This document shows, in pieces, positions 50,546 through 61,328 of a DNA stretch of 64,000 bases. Positions within the stretch are counted from its first letter, which is position 1. The number at the start of each line of letters is the position of its first letter. The position numbers and the translations under genes are program-made. Below the pieces are notes generated by a model that was not told the DNA's origin, did not search any database, and saw only the letters and a program-made list of their open reading frames with translations. The stretch comes from Candidatus Enterousia sp. (GTDB lineage Bacteria; Pseudomonadota; Alphaproteobacteria; Rs-D84). The stretch lies in the NCBI GenBank assembly GCA_045613785.1, contig JAZLBQ010000026.1, positions 12,697 through 76,696 of the forward strand. The letters run 5' to 3'.

Positions 50546-51217
50546 TTATTCAAAAGATAAGAACGCCTCTTTCAGAACTTCTTGGACTTCACATCCTGAC
50601 AGCCCTGCCCCACGCAAGAAACGCATTTGAAAATCAGTTGGTTTATAAATACTTGCACTATGGTCTGCTTGTTTAGGAATCGATTTAATTTTCTGTCCGG
50701 GGATAAAATCAATTTTTGCACCTTCATCTGCCATTGCGACAAAAGCAACATCAGACTGGCAATCATCACAGTTTTTATCGATAACGGCAATACCAGATAA
50801 TTTAGAAACAGAATTTTTACCGGCCAGTATTTTATTTTTAATTAAAATGCCGGTATTTTTATATAGATGCCGTGCATTGCAATTATAATTCAGTTCACTG
50901 GAATTATCAATCAACACAGTTCCTGAAATTTTAGAATTTTCCCCGGCGTTTTTAATAAAAATGTTCAAAAAAGCCGGTGATTTTATTTTTACATTTACAC
51001 TTAAAATTACATTTTGATTTTTTACACCGACTTCTATATCTAAAATATTTTCGCCGGCGATTTCCCCGACATAAATAAAATGGACAGGCAAATCGTAATT
51101 TTTATTTATTGGCTTATTTTCCAAAGTAGATAATTCAGGGCAATAAACACCATCACGGAAAACGACAGTTTCCGCTGGCATAGTTTTTATGTTGAATTCA
51201 TTCCACATGTATGACAT
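50546..51217 (-). CDS. short SufB/SufD-family protein
   Basis: 223 aa; beta-helix-like repeats and a C-terminal DFQMRFLRGAGLS..EVLKEAFL resembling the SufD C-terminal LFYLRSRGI...EAF helix. No sufB or sufC genes flank it. Confidence 0.4.
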   Translation of the reverse strand: MSYMWNEFNIKTMPAETVVFRDGVYCPELSTLENKPINKNYDLPVHFIYVGEIAGENILDIEVGVKNQNVILSVNVKIKSPAFLNIFIKNAGENSKISGTVLIDNSSELNYNCNARHLYKNTGILIKNKILAGKNSVSKLSGIAVIDKNCDDCQSDVAFVAMADEGAKIDFIPGQKIKSIPKQADHSASIYKPTDFQMRFLRGAGLSGCEVQEVLKEAFLSFE

Positions 51218-51244
51218 ATTATCGACATTATAAAGGATTTTAAA

Positions 51245-52324
51245 ATGGGATTCAATTGTGGAATCGTAGGCTTACCAAATGTAGGTAAATCTACATTATT
51301 TAATGCTTTAACCCAAAGTGCAGCGGCAGACGCTCAGAACTATCCGTTTTGCACCATAGAACCGAACACAGGTCGTGTTGTTGTTCCTGATTCAACCTTG
51401 CATGAATTGGCACGTGTTGCTGGCTCGCAAAAGATTTTACCGACACAACTTGAAATTGTTGACATTGCAGGTCTTGTCCGTGGTGCATCAAATGGCGAAG
51501 GTTTAGGTAATAAATTCCTGGGCAATATTTTATCGACTGACGCAATTATTCACGTTGTTCGTTGTTTTGAAAATGACGACATTGTTCACGTTCACGGTCA
51601 AATTGATCCATTAGGCGACATAGAAACGATTGAAACAGAATTGATGTTGGCAGATCTTGAAAGCATTGATAAACAAATAAAAAACCTTGAAAAAAAGGCA
51701 CGTGGTCTGGACAAAGACGCAATAAAATTATTATCGGATGCCCAGGCAATCAAATCGAATTTAGAAAAATCAATACCTGCCCGTCTTGGCGATATTGATT
51801 CCAGTCCATTTAACTTATTGACCACCAAGCCAGTGATTTATGTATGTAATGTTGACGAAGCATCGGCAGCCACTGGTAATAAATATTCAGACCAAGTTCG
51901 TGAAAAATTTGGTGCGACAAATGATGTATTGGTAATATCATCAAAAATAGAAATGGAGATTTCACAAATTGTTGACCCAGACGAACGGAAAATGTTTTTA
52001 GACGACCTTGGCTTATCAGAATCAGGTCTGGATCAAGTTATAAAGACAGGTTATAAAACACTTGGGCTGCAAACATATTATACCATTGGTCCAAAGGAAG
52101 CACATGCCTGGACAATTACAACTGGAATGACTGCACCGCAGGCTGCTGGAAAAATTCACACAGATTTTGAACGTGGTTTTATCCGTGCCGAAGTAATTTC
52201 ACCTGCTGACTTTATTGCACTTGGTGGCGAAGTTGCCGTCAAAGAAGCAGGCAAGATGCGTCTGGTTGGTCGTGATTATATAATGCAGCCTGGCGACATA
52301 TGCCACTTCTTATTTAACACATAA
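51245..52324 (+). CDS. ychF: redox-regulated ATPase YchF
   Basis: 359 aa; GIVGLPNVGKSTLFNALT, a TGS-like C-terminus. Confidence 0.9.
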   Translation: MGFNCGIVGLPNVGKSTLFNALTQSAAADAQNYPFCTIEPNTGRVVVPDSTLHELARVAGSQKILPTQLEIVDIAGLVRGASNGEGLGNKFLGNILSTDAIIHVVRCFENDDIVHVHGQIDPLGDIETIETELMLADLESIDKQIKNLEKKARGLDKDAIKLLSDAQAIKSNLEKSIPARLGDIDSSPFNLLTTKPVIYVCNVDEASAATGNKYSDQVREKFGATNDVLVISSKIEMEISQIVDPDERKMFLDDLGLSESGLDQVIKTGYKTLGLQTYYTIGPKEAHAWTITTGMTAPQAAGKIHTDFERGFIRAEVISPADFIALGGEVAVKEAGKMRLVGRDYIMQPGDICHFLFNT

Positions 52325-52352
52325 AAATTCCCCCTTGTGGGGGATTTTTTTT
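52324..52352. terminator. bidirectional hairpin terminator
   Basis: aaaaattcccccttgtgggggatttttttt. Confidence 0.8.
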
Positions 52353-52453
52353 ACCTTTTTTATATTGAAATTATTGTCATAAATATTAAAATAAAAATGT
52401 TAAAAATTCCCGGTCTTTTTGATAATTTTGTTCAAAAAAGCCGGGAAATTATT

Positions 52454-54079
52454 TTATAAAGAAATCAGCAATTTTAATTTTTCATTATATTTTTTTAAAT
52501 CGTTATCAATCTGTGCAATTTCATCACGAATTTTAACATCACCTGTTTCCAGCAACCGATTTGTCAGTTCACGTTTTTTTGTATTTAGTTTTTCCAAATA
52601 GCGTTGCAATTTTAACGATACAATAAATTTTTCTGCTGACACTAAATCCATATTTAAATCTGGTGCATTACCATCGAAATCGATTCCCAGTGTTCCCAAG
52701 AATTCCAAATATCTTTCTGCCAGTTCTGGGAAAGTATTCACAATATACAGCAACGTTCTTTTAGTAATTGCATCGATATCAGGCAGTTTAATATTTATTG
52801 GTTCTTTAACTTTTTTCCAACTTTGCCAGTTTTGAAATTTCCGCTTATCGTATTCTTGTTTATAGTGTTTTTTTAATTCATTATCAGCCAACTTTTCCGA
52901 TTCTGCGTCCAAGAATTTTTCAGCCTGTGCACGTCCTCCTGGCGTTGAAACGACAAAGTTGTTATTTGCTATTTCCCACAAGAAATCAGTCAACCCAACC
53001 GCATCATCAATAATTTTACGCATTGCATCGACGCCGCCATTTTCAAGTATTTCATCAGGGTCTTTACCACCTGAAACAAATGCAAATTTGATATCAGACG
53101 TATCACGAACAAACGGCATAACAATACTGCATGCACGTGCTGCGGCCTTTTGTCCTGCCCCATCGCCATCAAAACAAAAAGTAATATTTCGATTAGATTT
53201 ACATAGCAACGCAATATGGTCTTCGGTCAGTGCTGTCCCAAGAGGTGCAACAGTTTCACCAAAACCATTACATTGCATTTTAATTGCGTCAATTTGTCCT
53301 TCGACAACGATACTACGGTTTGCACGATGAATTGCATCACGTGCAAAGTTCAAACCGAAAACAGTTTTACGTTTATGAAAAATATCAGTATCAGTTGTAT
53401 TTATATACTTTGGTTCACTTCCGTCCAGTGAGCGTCCAGAAAAAGCAACAACTTTACCCTTGGCGTTAAACAAAGGGAACATCAATTTATCACGAAAGAA
53501 ATCATACATTCCATAATCGCCACGCCGGCAAAGTCCAGCATCAATCAGGTATTTTGAATCTGCATATTTATTTGCGATGATATTATTTTTTGGTGCATAT
53601 CCGATACGATATTTTTTTATCATATCATCTGTGAATCCACGTTTACGGATATAATCCAATGCAACCGCCCCATCAGGTGTGAATAATTTTTCAGAATAAG
53701 TCTGTGCGGCTTTTTCGCAAATATCAAACAACGCTTCTTCACGTTGCACGACATTTTGTGGTCTAGGCTTGTATTCTGGCATTTTCATACCAGCCATATT
53801 AGCCAGTTCTTCGATTGCTTCCTTAAAGTCAATATTATTGACCTTCATAGTAAAAGAAATGATATCTCCACTTTCGCCACAGCCAAAGCACTTACAAATA
53901 CCCTTTTCTTCATTTACACAGAAACTGGGGGTTTTTTCATTATGGAAAGGGCAACACCCCCAATAATTTTGCCCTTTTTTTGTCAGCGGCACACGTCGTC
54001 CGACCACATCAACGATAGACAGTCGTTGACGCAGTTCATCGGTAAAGTTTGAATAACTAAATTTACCTTGTTGTGCCAT
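52454..54079 (-). CDS. dnaG: DNA primase
   Basis: 541 aa; zinc ribbon CPFHNEKTPSF...CFGCG; TOPRIM EGQIDA. Confidence 0.9.
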   Translation of the reverse strand: MAQQGKFSYSNFTDELRQRLSIVDVVGRRVPLTKKGQNYWGCCPFHNEKTPSFCVNEEKGICKCFGCGESGDIISFTMKVNNIDFKEAIEELANMAGMKMPEYKPRPQNVVQREEALFDICEKAAQTYSEKLFTPDGAVALDYIRKRGFTDDMIKKYRIGYAPKNNIIANKYADSKYLIDAGLCRRGDYGMYDFFRDKLMFPLFNAKGKVVAFSGRSLDGSEPKYINTTDTDIFHKRKTVFGLNFARDAIHRANRSIVVEGQIDAIKMQCNGFGETVAPLGTALTEDHIALLCKSNRNITFCFDGDGAGQKAAARACSIVMPFVRDTSDIKFAFVSGGKDPDEILENGGVDAMRKIIDDAVGLTDFLWEIANNNFVVSTPGGRAQAEKFLDAESEKLADNELKKHYKQEYDKRKFQNWQSWKKVKEPINIKLPDIDAITKRTLLYIVNTFPELAERYLEFLGTLGIDFDGNAPDLNMDLVSAEKFIVSLKLQRYLEKLNTKKRELTNRLLETGDVKIRDEIAQIDNDLKKYNEKLKLLISL

Positions 54080-56322
54080 TACTTTTTATTTGCCTTGTTA
54101 TTTATCAGTTTAATTGCGGTTTCCAAATCAGGTTGTTCTTTGACAGAAACATTGACCCGATTAGAAGATATATATGCACCATACCGCCCAGTTGGGTAAA
54201 AGAAAATCATTTTTTTAGTTTCTGGATTTTCACCGATTTTAATAGGTTCTGCTTTTTTACCAGCATTTGCCAATAATTCACGTGCGGTTTCCAGTGTTAT
54301 TGTTTCTGCTGTCCATTGTTTTGCAGCGACATTTTTAGCCCCATCTGTGACATAAGGTCCAAATTTACCAACTCTAAATTCGATACCATCACCCAGTTCG
54401 ACAGCATCAGATTTAACAGCCTGTGCGGTTGATTCTGCGGCCTGTGCGACTGCGGCATCGACTTTGCCCAACTGTTTAGTGTATTTACAGTCTGGATATT
54501 TTTCGCATCCTATAAAAGGTCCAAACTTAGACAATTTAATTCCCAGTTTTGCTCCACATTCTGGACAAACATCATTGTCATCAGGGAACAAGTGTTTATG
54601 CATAAACTCATTTATTTCATCGATAATATCTGCTGTTCTAATACCTCTTGCCCCATCAATCATATTGTTAGTAGGTGTCCAGAAATTTTCCAACGCAGTA
54701 ATTTTATCTTGTTTACCATTTGAAACATCGTCCAAAGTATCTTCTGTTTTTGCGGTAAAGTTCACATCAACCAAATCAGTAAAATATTTATTAAGATAAG
54801 AAGCGATAACCCAACCACCATTTGTTGGATGGAAACGTCGTTGTTTATCCTGTTCAACATATGCCCTATCAACAATTGTTGACATAATAGTTGCGTATGT
54901 AGAAGGTCGTCCGATTCCCAGTTCTTCCATTTTTTTTACAAGAGATGCTTCTGTATATCTTGGTGGTGCCTGTGTAAAGTGCTGTTCAGGGATAAATTCT
55001 GTGATAATGATTTTATCACCGACCTGCATATTTGGCAGTTTTGATTCTTTTTTATCGTCTTCGTCGTCTTTATCTTCGGTATAAACCTTCATAAATCCGT
55101 CAAAGGTTCGCACAGACCCCACAGCGTGGAACACACCGACGTGATTATCTGTTTCTATATCTGCTGCGACAGAATCAAATTCTGCATTTTTCATTTGGCA
55201 TGCAATAGTTCTTTTCCAAATAAGATCGTATAATTTTGCTTCATCACCACTAAGATTTTTTGCAGGTGCATCAAAGTGTGTTGGTCGAATAGCTTCGTGT
55301 GCTTCCTGTGCATTTTTTGATTTTGTTGCATAAATATTTGGAGAACTTGGCACAAAGTTATCACCATATTCCCGTCCGATAAAGTTTCTAATTTCGCTAA
55401 CTGCATCAGCGTTCAAGTTTGTTGCGTCGGTTCGCATATATGTAATTAAACCTTGTTCATACAAGTGCTGTGCGGCACTCATTGTTCGTTTAGACGCAAA
55501 GAATAATTTTCGTGCGGCTTCCTGTTGCAGTGTAGATGTTGTAAAAGGTGCGGCAGGTTTACGTTGTGTTTTTTTCTTTTCGATATTGATAACGCTTGCA
55601 CTAACTTCTGGTGTTCCCAGAGTGTTCAAAATATTATCAACTTGTTCTTGATTTTCGATGGTCATTTTTTCAATTTTCTGACCATTGAATTTATTTAGCA
55701 TTGCCTTGAACGCCACGGAATTTGCCGTGCAGGCTGATTCCAGACTCCAATATTCCACAGGTTTAAAGTTTTCAATTTCTTTTTCACGGTCAACGACCAG
55801 CTTTACTGCCACAGACTGAACACGTCCTGCGGACTTTCCCAAATTTCTACGCCACAGCAACGGTGAAATACTAAAACCAATCAGATAATCTAATGCCCGT
55901 CTGACCAGATATGCATCGACCAAGTTTTTATCAATTTCACGTGGTTCATCGATTGCGGCCTGAACAGCTTTTTTTGTAATTTCGTGAAAAGCGACACGAT
56001 AGACTTTTTTATCTTTAAGTAGTCTTTTAGCTTTAAGTATATCCAGCAAGTGCCACGCAATGGCTTCACCTTCACGATCAGGGTCGCTTGCCAGATAAAC
56101 GGCATCTGCTTTTTTTAATTCTTCTGTAATCAGTTTAATTTGTTTTTCTTTACCTGGCATAATCTGCCATTTCATTTTGAAATTATTTTCTGTATCAACG
56201 CTGCCGTTTTCAGGCACTAAATCACGGACATGACCAACCGATGCGATAACACGCCAACCGCTACCTAAGTATTTTTCAATAGTCTTTGCCTTGGACGGTG
56301 ATTCCACAATCAGTAAATTCAT
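54079..56322 (-). CDS. topA: DNA topoisomerase I
   Basis: Start taken at MNLLIVESPSKAKTIEKYLG (cf. E. coli [22 protein letters not shown]); TOPRIM, Tyr domain and C-terminal Zn ribbons. Confidence 0.9.
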   Translation of the reverse strand: MNLLIVESPSKAKTIEKYLGSGWRVIASVGHVRDLVPENGSVDTENNFKMKWQIMPGKEKQIKLITEELKKADAVYLASDPDREGEAIAWHLLDILKAKRLLKDKKVYRVAFHEITKKAVQAAIDEPREIDKNLVDAYLVRRALDYLIGFSISPLLWRRNLGKSAGRVQSVAVKLVVDREKEIENFKPVEYWSLESACTANSVAFKAMLNKFNGQKIEKMTIENQEQVDNILNTLGTPEVSASVINIEKKKTQRKPAAPFTTSTLQQEAARKLFFASKRTMSAAQHLYEQGLITYMRTDATNLNADAVSEIRNFIGREYGDNFVPSSPNIYATKSKNAQEAHEAIRPTHFDAPAKNLSGDEAKLYDLIWKRTIACQMKNAEFDSVAADIETDNHVGVFHAVGSVRTFDGFMKVYTEDKDDEDDKKESKLPNMQVGDKIIITEFIPEQHFTQAPPRYTEASLVKKMEELGIGRPSTYATIMSTIVDRAYVEQDKQRRFHPTNGGWVIASYLNKYFTDLVDVNFTAKTEDTLDDVSNGKQDKITALENFWTPTNNMIDGARGIRTADIIDEINEFMHKHLFPDDNDVCPECGAKLGIKLSKFGPFIGCEKYPDCKYTKQLGKVDAAVAQAAESTAQAVKSDAVELGDGIEFRVGKFGPYVTDGAKNVAAKQWTAETITLETARELLANAGKKAEPIKIGENPETKKMIFFYPTGRYGAYISSNRVNVSVKEQPDLETAIKLINNKANKK

Positions 56323-56326
56323 TTCC

Positions 56327-57472
56327 CTAACTCCCCTTTGCCGATAATTGTTGGTCCTTGTGAATATATGCGTTTTGACATAAACCAAATCCGAACATCA
56401 GTGATAACAGACTGCTACCTCCGAAAGACATCAGTGGCAACGGCACACCCACGGTTGGTAATAACCCCAAAACCATAGAAATATTTATAAAGTAATAAAC
56501 AAAAAAGTTCAACATAAATCCAAAGCAAATCAGTTGTCCAAATCTGTTGCGACATAATTTTGCACACCAAAACAGCACGACCACAATCCAAGTATAAATC
56601 AGCAACAGGCTAAACGCACCGATAAAACCAAATTCTTCACCCAGCATAGTAAAAATAAAATCGGTTTGTTTTTCTGGCAAAAAAGATTGTTGTGATTGCG
56701 AGCCTTTCATATACCCTTTTCCTGTCATACCACCACTGCCAAAAGCAATTTTTGCCTGATTGATTTGATAACCTGCCCCTTGCAAATCGCTGTCTGGATT
56801 AAACAGTGTAATAATGCGTCCACGCTGATAATCGTGCAATCCACCGAACCAAATTGCTGGTGCTGCCATCAGTCCTAATATTGCTGCGATAATAAACCAT
56901 TTTTTATTTGCCCCAACGATATAGAAGACCCCAACTGTAATCATACCCAGTGATAATGCAGTTCCTAAATCAGGTTGTGCCACAATCAAACCGAATGGCA
57001 CCAGCAGCATTAGTCCTGGCACCAGATAGTTTTTAAATTGTCCTAGTTCAACGGAATTAAACCAAGCAAAATATCGTGCCAACGCCAACACTAATGCAAT
57101 TTTAATAAGTTCAGAAGGTTGAATATGAATAAATCCCAGGTTTAACCAACGTTGTGCCCCCATACCTGTATGTCCGACAAAAGTAACCAAAACAATCATA
57201 ATCAGTGCGACAGCATAAATCAGATAAGCCGACTTTACCCATGTTTTGATATTTGTAAATGCGGCGAAAAAGAACACACCAAACCCCAGCATAATTTTCA
57301 TCAACTGGCTAAACGCAAAAGGTTTCCAATTACCGCCTCCTGCTGAATACAGCACAACGATTGATATCGTCAGCACCATACACATAGGCACAAACAATCC
57401 CCACGAAAAACGTCCCAGTTTTTCTGGCAGTGTCATCATATTTGCATTTGAAACACGTGTTTGTTTTGCCAT
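56327..57472 (-). CDS. rodA: peptidoglycan glycosyltransferase RodA/MrdB (SEDS family)
   Basis: 381 aa, 10 TM helices, SEDS motifs; located downstream of mrdA. Confidence 0.85.
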   Translation of the reverse strand: MAKQTRVSNANMMTLPEKLGRFSWGLFVPMCMVLTISIVVLYSAGGGNWKPFAFSQLMKIMLGFGVFFFAAFTNIKTWVKSAYLIYAVALIMIVLVTFVGHTGMGAQRWLNLGFIHIQPSELIKIALVLALARYFAWFNSVELGQFKNYLVPGLMLLVPFGLIVAQPDLGTALSLGMITVGVFYIVGANKKWFIIAAILGLMAAPAIWFGGLHDYQRGRIITLFNPDSDLQGAGYQINQAKIAFGSGGMTGKGYMKGSQSQQSFLPEKQTDFIFTMLGEEFGFIGAFSLLLIYTWIVVVLFWCAKLCRNRFGQLICFGFMLNFFVYYFINISMVLGLLPTVGVPLPLMSFGGSSLLSLMFGFGLCQNAYIHKDQQLSAKGS

Positions 57473-57476
57473 TTGA

Positions 57477-59249
57477 TTAAATTCCTTTTAACAGTTCCTT
57501 CATCAACGCTGCTGCACTGCGTGCTGCTGGTCCACTTGAACCAGAGTGTTCAGTAACAACACAGACTGCATACTTTGGATTATCTGTTGGTGCATATCCA
57601 ACAAACAGTCCGTGATTTCGCATACTCCACTTTAATTGTTCATTGGTCAGAACACCACTTAAACGTTCTTTTTTAGAAATGCTACGCACCTGTGAAGTCC
57701 CGGTTTTACCGCCCATACGCTTACCTTTGACATTGATTGCACTGCCGCTGGCTGTTCCGCCTTTTTTTAGAACTTGTTCCAGTCCGTTCATCACAAATTT
57801 GATATTTTTCTGTTGTAATCCCATCGTATCAAATTGTGGTATTTTATCTGTTTTAATCAGTCGTGGTATAATCTTTTTATTAGAAGCAACACGTGCCATC
57901 ATTACTGCCAACTGTAAACAGTTTGCCAAAATAAATCCCTGACCGATTCCAGAAATAACTGTATCACCGTGCACCCATCGTGTTCCGACCTGTTTTTCCT
58001 TCCAGTATCTATCTGGCATAACGCCTGGCATTTCACGTGCGATGACATCGTCCATAAATTTTTCTGTAAATCCCAGACGAATAGCCATTTCTTTGATAGC
58101 GTCGATTCCGATACGCAATGCGACTTGATAGAAATAAATATCGCACGAATGTTTCAAAGCCCCTGCCAGGTCAACCCAACCATGTCCTTTTTCTTCCCAA
58201 CAGTGATATCTGCGGTCGCCATAGTCCCAATGTCCTGGACAGAAAACTTTTTCACGTTCTGTTATTGCCCCTGCTTCCAAGGCCGCCAACGCTACAACGA
58301 TTTTGAACGTTGACCCTGGTGGATAAAGCCCTTCAACGGCTTTGTTCATAAAAGGTTTTGCGATATCATCACGCAAGTTTTGGATATATTCATCACCGTC
58401 ATCTTCACGGAACATATTCGGGTCAAAACTAGGTGTAGAAACCATTGCCAAAATATCACCTGTTTCAATATCCAACGCCACACCACAGCCAGAACGATGA
58501 TTAGTCAATGCGTCATAAAGAACACGCTGTGCATTATCATTGATAGTTGTCTGGACATCATTACCAGCAACAGGCGGAATAAATTGAGATTTATCTTCAC
58601 CTGTGATACGACCGACTGCATTAGTAATCATAACAGTCTGTCCTGCATCACCCTTCATATTATCGTTATAAATTTTTTCCAGTCCGGTGATACCAGTGGT
58701 TAAAAACGGAGCGTTTGGCACAGGATTTTTAGGTTCTCCTACATAACCGAATATTTGTGCCCCAGCAGGTCCTAATTCATATATACGTGCATATCCGCTT
58801 TCTACGTGCAACCCAGGCAAATTTTTTGCTTGTAATTTTGCTAACTTTCCCCAGTTTGTATTTTCGCTGACCAAGACCGGTTGAAACTTTAATTGTTTTT
58901 TTATTTTTTGTCTGATTTTATCGACTTTTTTTTGTTTAAGATTCAAATCATTTTGGACAACAGCAATCAGTTCATCTATATCGACAGCTTCTTCTGGGAT
59001 GATATAAATTCTGTAAATAGGTGCATCACGTGAAATAGGCACACCATTTCTGGACAATATTTTACCACGTTCAGGCATATCTATTTGAATACGGAAAGAA
59101 TTATTTTCGCTTTTCTTTTTATAGTCCTGATAACTAAACAGTTGCATTTGCAGCATACGCAAAACCAAAGCAGACGTCAAAACAGCCCCTGCTGTAAGGA
59201 ACAAAGCACTTCTGCGGTCAAAGGTGCGTGAAACTTCTGTATCAATCAT
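57477..59249 (-). CDS. mrdA: penicillin-binding protein 2
   Basis: 590 aa; transpeptidase STFK, SCD, KTGT motifs. Confidence 0.9.
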   Translation of the reverse strand: MIDTEVSRTFDRRSALFLTAGAVLTSALVLRMLQMQLFSYQDYKKKSENNSFRIQIDMPERGKILSRNGVPISRDAPIYRIYIIPEEAVDIDELIAVVQNDLNLKQKKVDKIRQKIKKQLKFQPVLVSENTNWGKLAKLQAKNLPGLHVESGYARIYELGPAGAQIFGYVGEPKNPVPNAPFLTTGITGLEKIYNDNMKGDAGQTVMITNAVGRITGEDKSQFIPPVAGNDVQTTINDNAQRVLYDALTNHRSGCGVALDIETGDILAMVSTPSFDPNMFREDDGDEYIQNLRDDIAKPFMNKAVEGLYPPGSTFKIVVALAALEAGAITEREKVFCPGHWDYGDRRYHCWEEKGHGWVDLAGALKHSCDIYFYQVALRIGIDAIKEMAIRLGFTEKFMDDVIAREMPGVMPDRYWKEKQVGTRWVHGDTVISGIGQGFILANCLQLAVMMARVASNKKIIPRLIKTDKIPQFDTMGLQQKNIKFVMNGLEQVLKKGGTASGSAINVKGKRMGGKTGTSQVRSISKKERLSGVLTNEQLKWSMRNHGLFVGYAPTDNPKYAVCVVTEHSGSSGPAARSAAALMKELLKGI

Positions 59250-59698
59250 TTATGCACCTTTTTAATAAGCGTTGTAATTGGGATATACAACAAGGTTGTC
59301 CAAAAGAAAATCCATAACCCCCACAGCAGGTTTAAAAACGTAAAATTCATTAAAACCTGAACCAGAACGGCACAACCAAAGAATACCATAAAAGCTGCGA
59401 TTGCATCTTTGTCCAGTCTTGTTAAATCAACCAAGGTTTGGAAACCGTTCAATGCACTGAACAGGCAATACATAGCAATCCAAAAGCAAACAGTTTCAAA
59501 ATTGTAATCCAAACACAAACACATCAATATAGAAAAAATCGTGAACCATCTAACAGGCTGAACAAACGAGCAAAAGAAAATAGGAATTATTGCCAATACC
59601 CCTGCAGGATTCCAAAAACGTCCTGACAATCGCCACAAAGCCACCGTTATAAGAAACGGGAAAGAAATCTGCAAAAAGTTTATAATTTTGCTTTTCAT
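59246..59698 (-). CDS. mreD: rod shape-determining protein MreD
   Basis: 150-aa polytopic membrane protein between mreC and mrdA. Confidence 0.7.
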   Translation of the reverse strand: MKSKIINFLQISFPFLITVALWRLSGRFWNPAGVLAIIPIFFCSFVQPVRWFTIFSILMCLCLDYNFETVCFWIAMYCLFSALNGFQTLVDLTRLDKDAIAAFMVFFGCAVLVQVLMNFTFLNLLWGLWIFFWTTLLYIPITTLIKKVHK

Positions 59699-60519
59699 CT
59701 GTATTCATTTTGTGGTGTATCAAATTTCAATATTAAAACACGAGATAATTTATCGTGTGCGACAACATCAACATCGACACTGTCAATCATTTCACCGATA
59801 ATTAAACCTGCTGGCAAAACCCCTGAAATATTACTAGAAACCAGTTTTATCCCTTTTGAAGGTTGGAATTCTGGGTCGCTAAAAAATCCCATTGTAGGAT
59901 TATTTGAACCATTACCGGTCATAAACCCATAGACTTCTGACCCGACGACCCGAACGGCGATATTTGTATCGGCATCAGTCAAGGCTCTTACACGGGCGAA
60001 GTTTTCAGCCACATCGATTACGATACCGACTAAATGCATATCTGTTGTTGCGACTGCCATGCCACTTTCCAGTCCATCACGAATACCCCGATTTATGATA
60101 AAGGTGTTATGACCCAGGACACTGTTGTCATGGATAACATCAGCGATAACAGTATCTCTTGGTTGTGCATTGACGATATTTAACTCGTCATTTAGTTTTT
60201 TATTTTCTGCCAATGCGATATCGCACAAATTTTTATTGATTGTTGCGGCATCAAGTTTTGCTCTCAGTTCTTCATTTTCGGCACGCAGGTTTGACAGTTC
60301 TGCGACATTATCGATTGTTCCCCCGACGACCCGAATAGGCCATGTAATAATATCACCTACGACTTGTGCGACAGGGACGACGATATGTCCCAGTGCGTTC
60401 ATTATTGCATAATCGGGTTTAGCGATCATAATATAGATGAACAGCACAGGCAGCACTGCCGCTGTTGCGACTGCCTTGGCCAGTGGATATAATTTGGAAG
60501 TGACATTATTTTTTTTCAT
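59695..60519 (-). CDS. mreC: rod shape-determining protein MreC
   Basis: 274 aa; N-terminal TM plus a coiled-coil (LRAENEELRAKL). Confidence 0.8.
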   Translation of the reverse strand: MKKNNVTSKLYPLAKAVATAAVLPVLFIYIMIAKPDYAIMNALGHIVVPVAQVVGDIITWPIRVVGGTIDNVAELSNLRAENEELRAKLDAATINKNLCDIALAENKKLNDELNIVNAQPRDTVIADVIHDNSVLGHNTFIINRGIRDGLESGMAVATTDMHLVGIVIDVAENFARVRALTDADTNIAVRVVGSEVYGFMTGNGSNNPTMGFFSDPEFQPSKGIKLVSSNISGVLPAGLIIGEMIDSVDVDVVAHDKLSRVLILKFDTPQNEYR

Positions 60520-60658
60520 CGCCTGCTACTTTAATCCTAAAAAGTCAGATATTCAATAAAAACTTGATTTTTGAAATAAATATGGCACAATTGGGCTGGT
60601 CAAAGTGGCAGGCATTGCCACCAGACCAAGAACTATCTAGAAAATAAAAGGATATAAA

Positions 60659-60862
60659 ATGCCAAAATTAAAGACAAAGTCGTACTTAAAGAAACGTGCG
60701 TCTATGACCGCAACCGGCAAAATCCGTGTTGCCCGCAACTCTCACAAGAAACTGTTGCGTAAGAAATCTGCCCGTGCGAACAAAGCGGGTGCAAAACCAC
60801 AGTATCTGAATGAAAATATGGTTGGACAGGCAAAAATCCTGGCACCATATGGGTTGAAATAA
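60659..60862 (+). CDS. rpmI: 50S ribosomal protein L35
   Basis: MPKLKTKSYLKKRASMTATGKIRV. Confidence 0.9.
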   Translation: MPKLKTKSYLKKRASMTATGKIRVARNSHKKLLRKKSARANKAGAKPQYLNENMVGQAKILAPYGLK

Positions 60863-60880
60863 GCAAGGGGGTAACAGGTC

Positions 60881-61249
60881 ATGGCAAGAGTAAAACGTGG
60901 AACAACCGTAAAACAAAAGCACAATAAAATATTGGCACGTGCCAAGGGTTATTTGGGTCGTCATCATTCTACATACCGTGCGGCCCGTGAAAAGACAGAA
61001 AAGGCAGGACAGTATGCATACCGTGATCGTCGCGTTAAAAAGCGTGAATTTCGTGGTTTGTGGATTGTTCGTATCAATGCCGCTGTCCGTGCAAATGGTA
61101 TGACTTACAGCCAGTTTATGAACGGCTTGAAAAAAGCTGGTGTTGCTTTGGATCGTAAAGTATTGGCAGAAATGGCATATGCTGGTGATGCAAACTTCAC
61201 AAAATTGGTTGACACAGCGAAACGATTTATCAACGCCGAAAGTAAATAA
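60881..61249 (+). CDS. rplT: 50S ribosomal protein L20
   Basis: [24 protein letters not shown]. Confidence 0.95.
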   Translation: MARVKRGTTVKQKHNKILARAKGYLGRHHSTYRAAREKTEKAGQYAYRDRRVKKREFRGLWIVRINAAVRANGMTYSQFMNGLKKAGVALDRKVLAEMAYAGDANFTKLVDTAKRFINAESK

Positions 61250-61328
61250 TACCTTGTCGGCGGGGTATCTGTTTTGTAATAATAAAGCCGTCGTTTGACG
61301 GCTTTTTAATTTTGATTGGGGTAAAGTT

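Noticed and set aside
56323-56388. N-terminal 22 codons of the topA ORF (MVYVKTHIFTRTNNYRQRGVRE)
   Set aside because: The canonical TopA N-terminus begins at MNLLIVESPSK, and the extension would overlap rodA.
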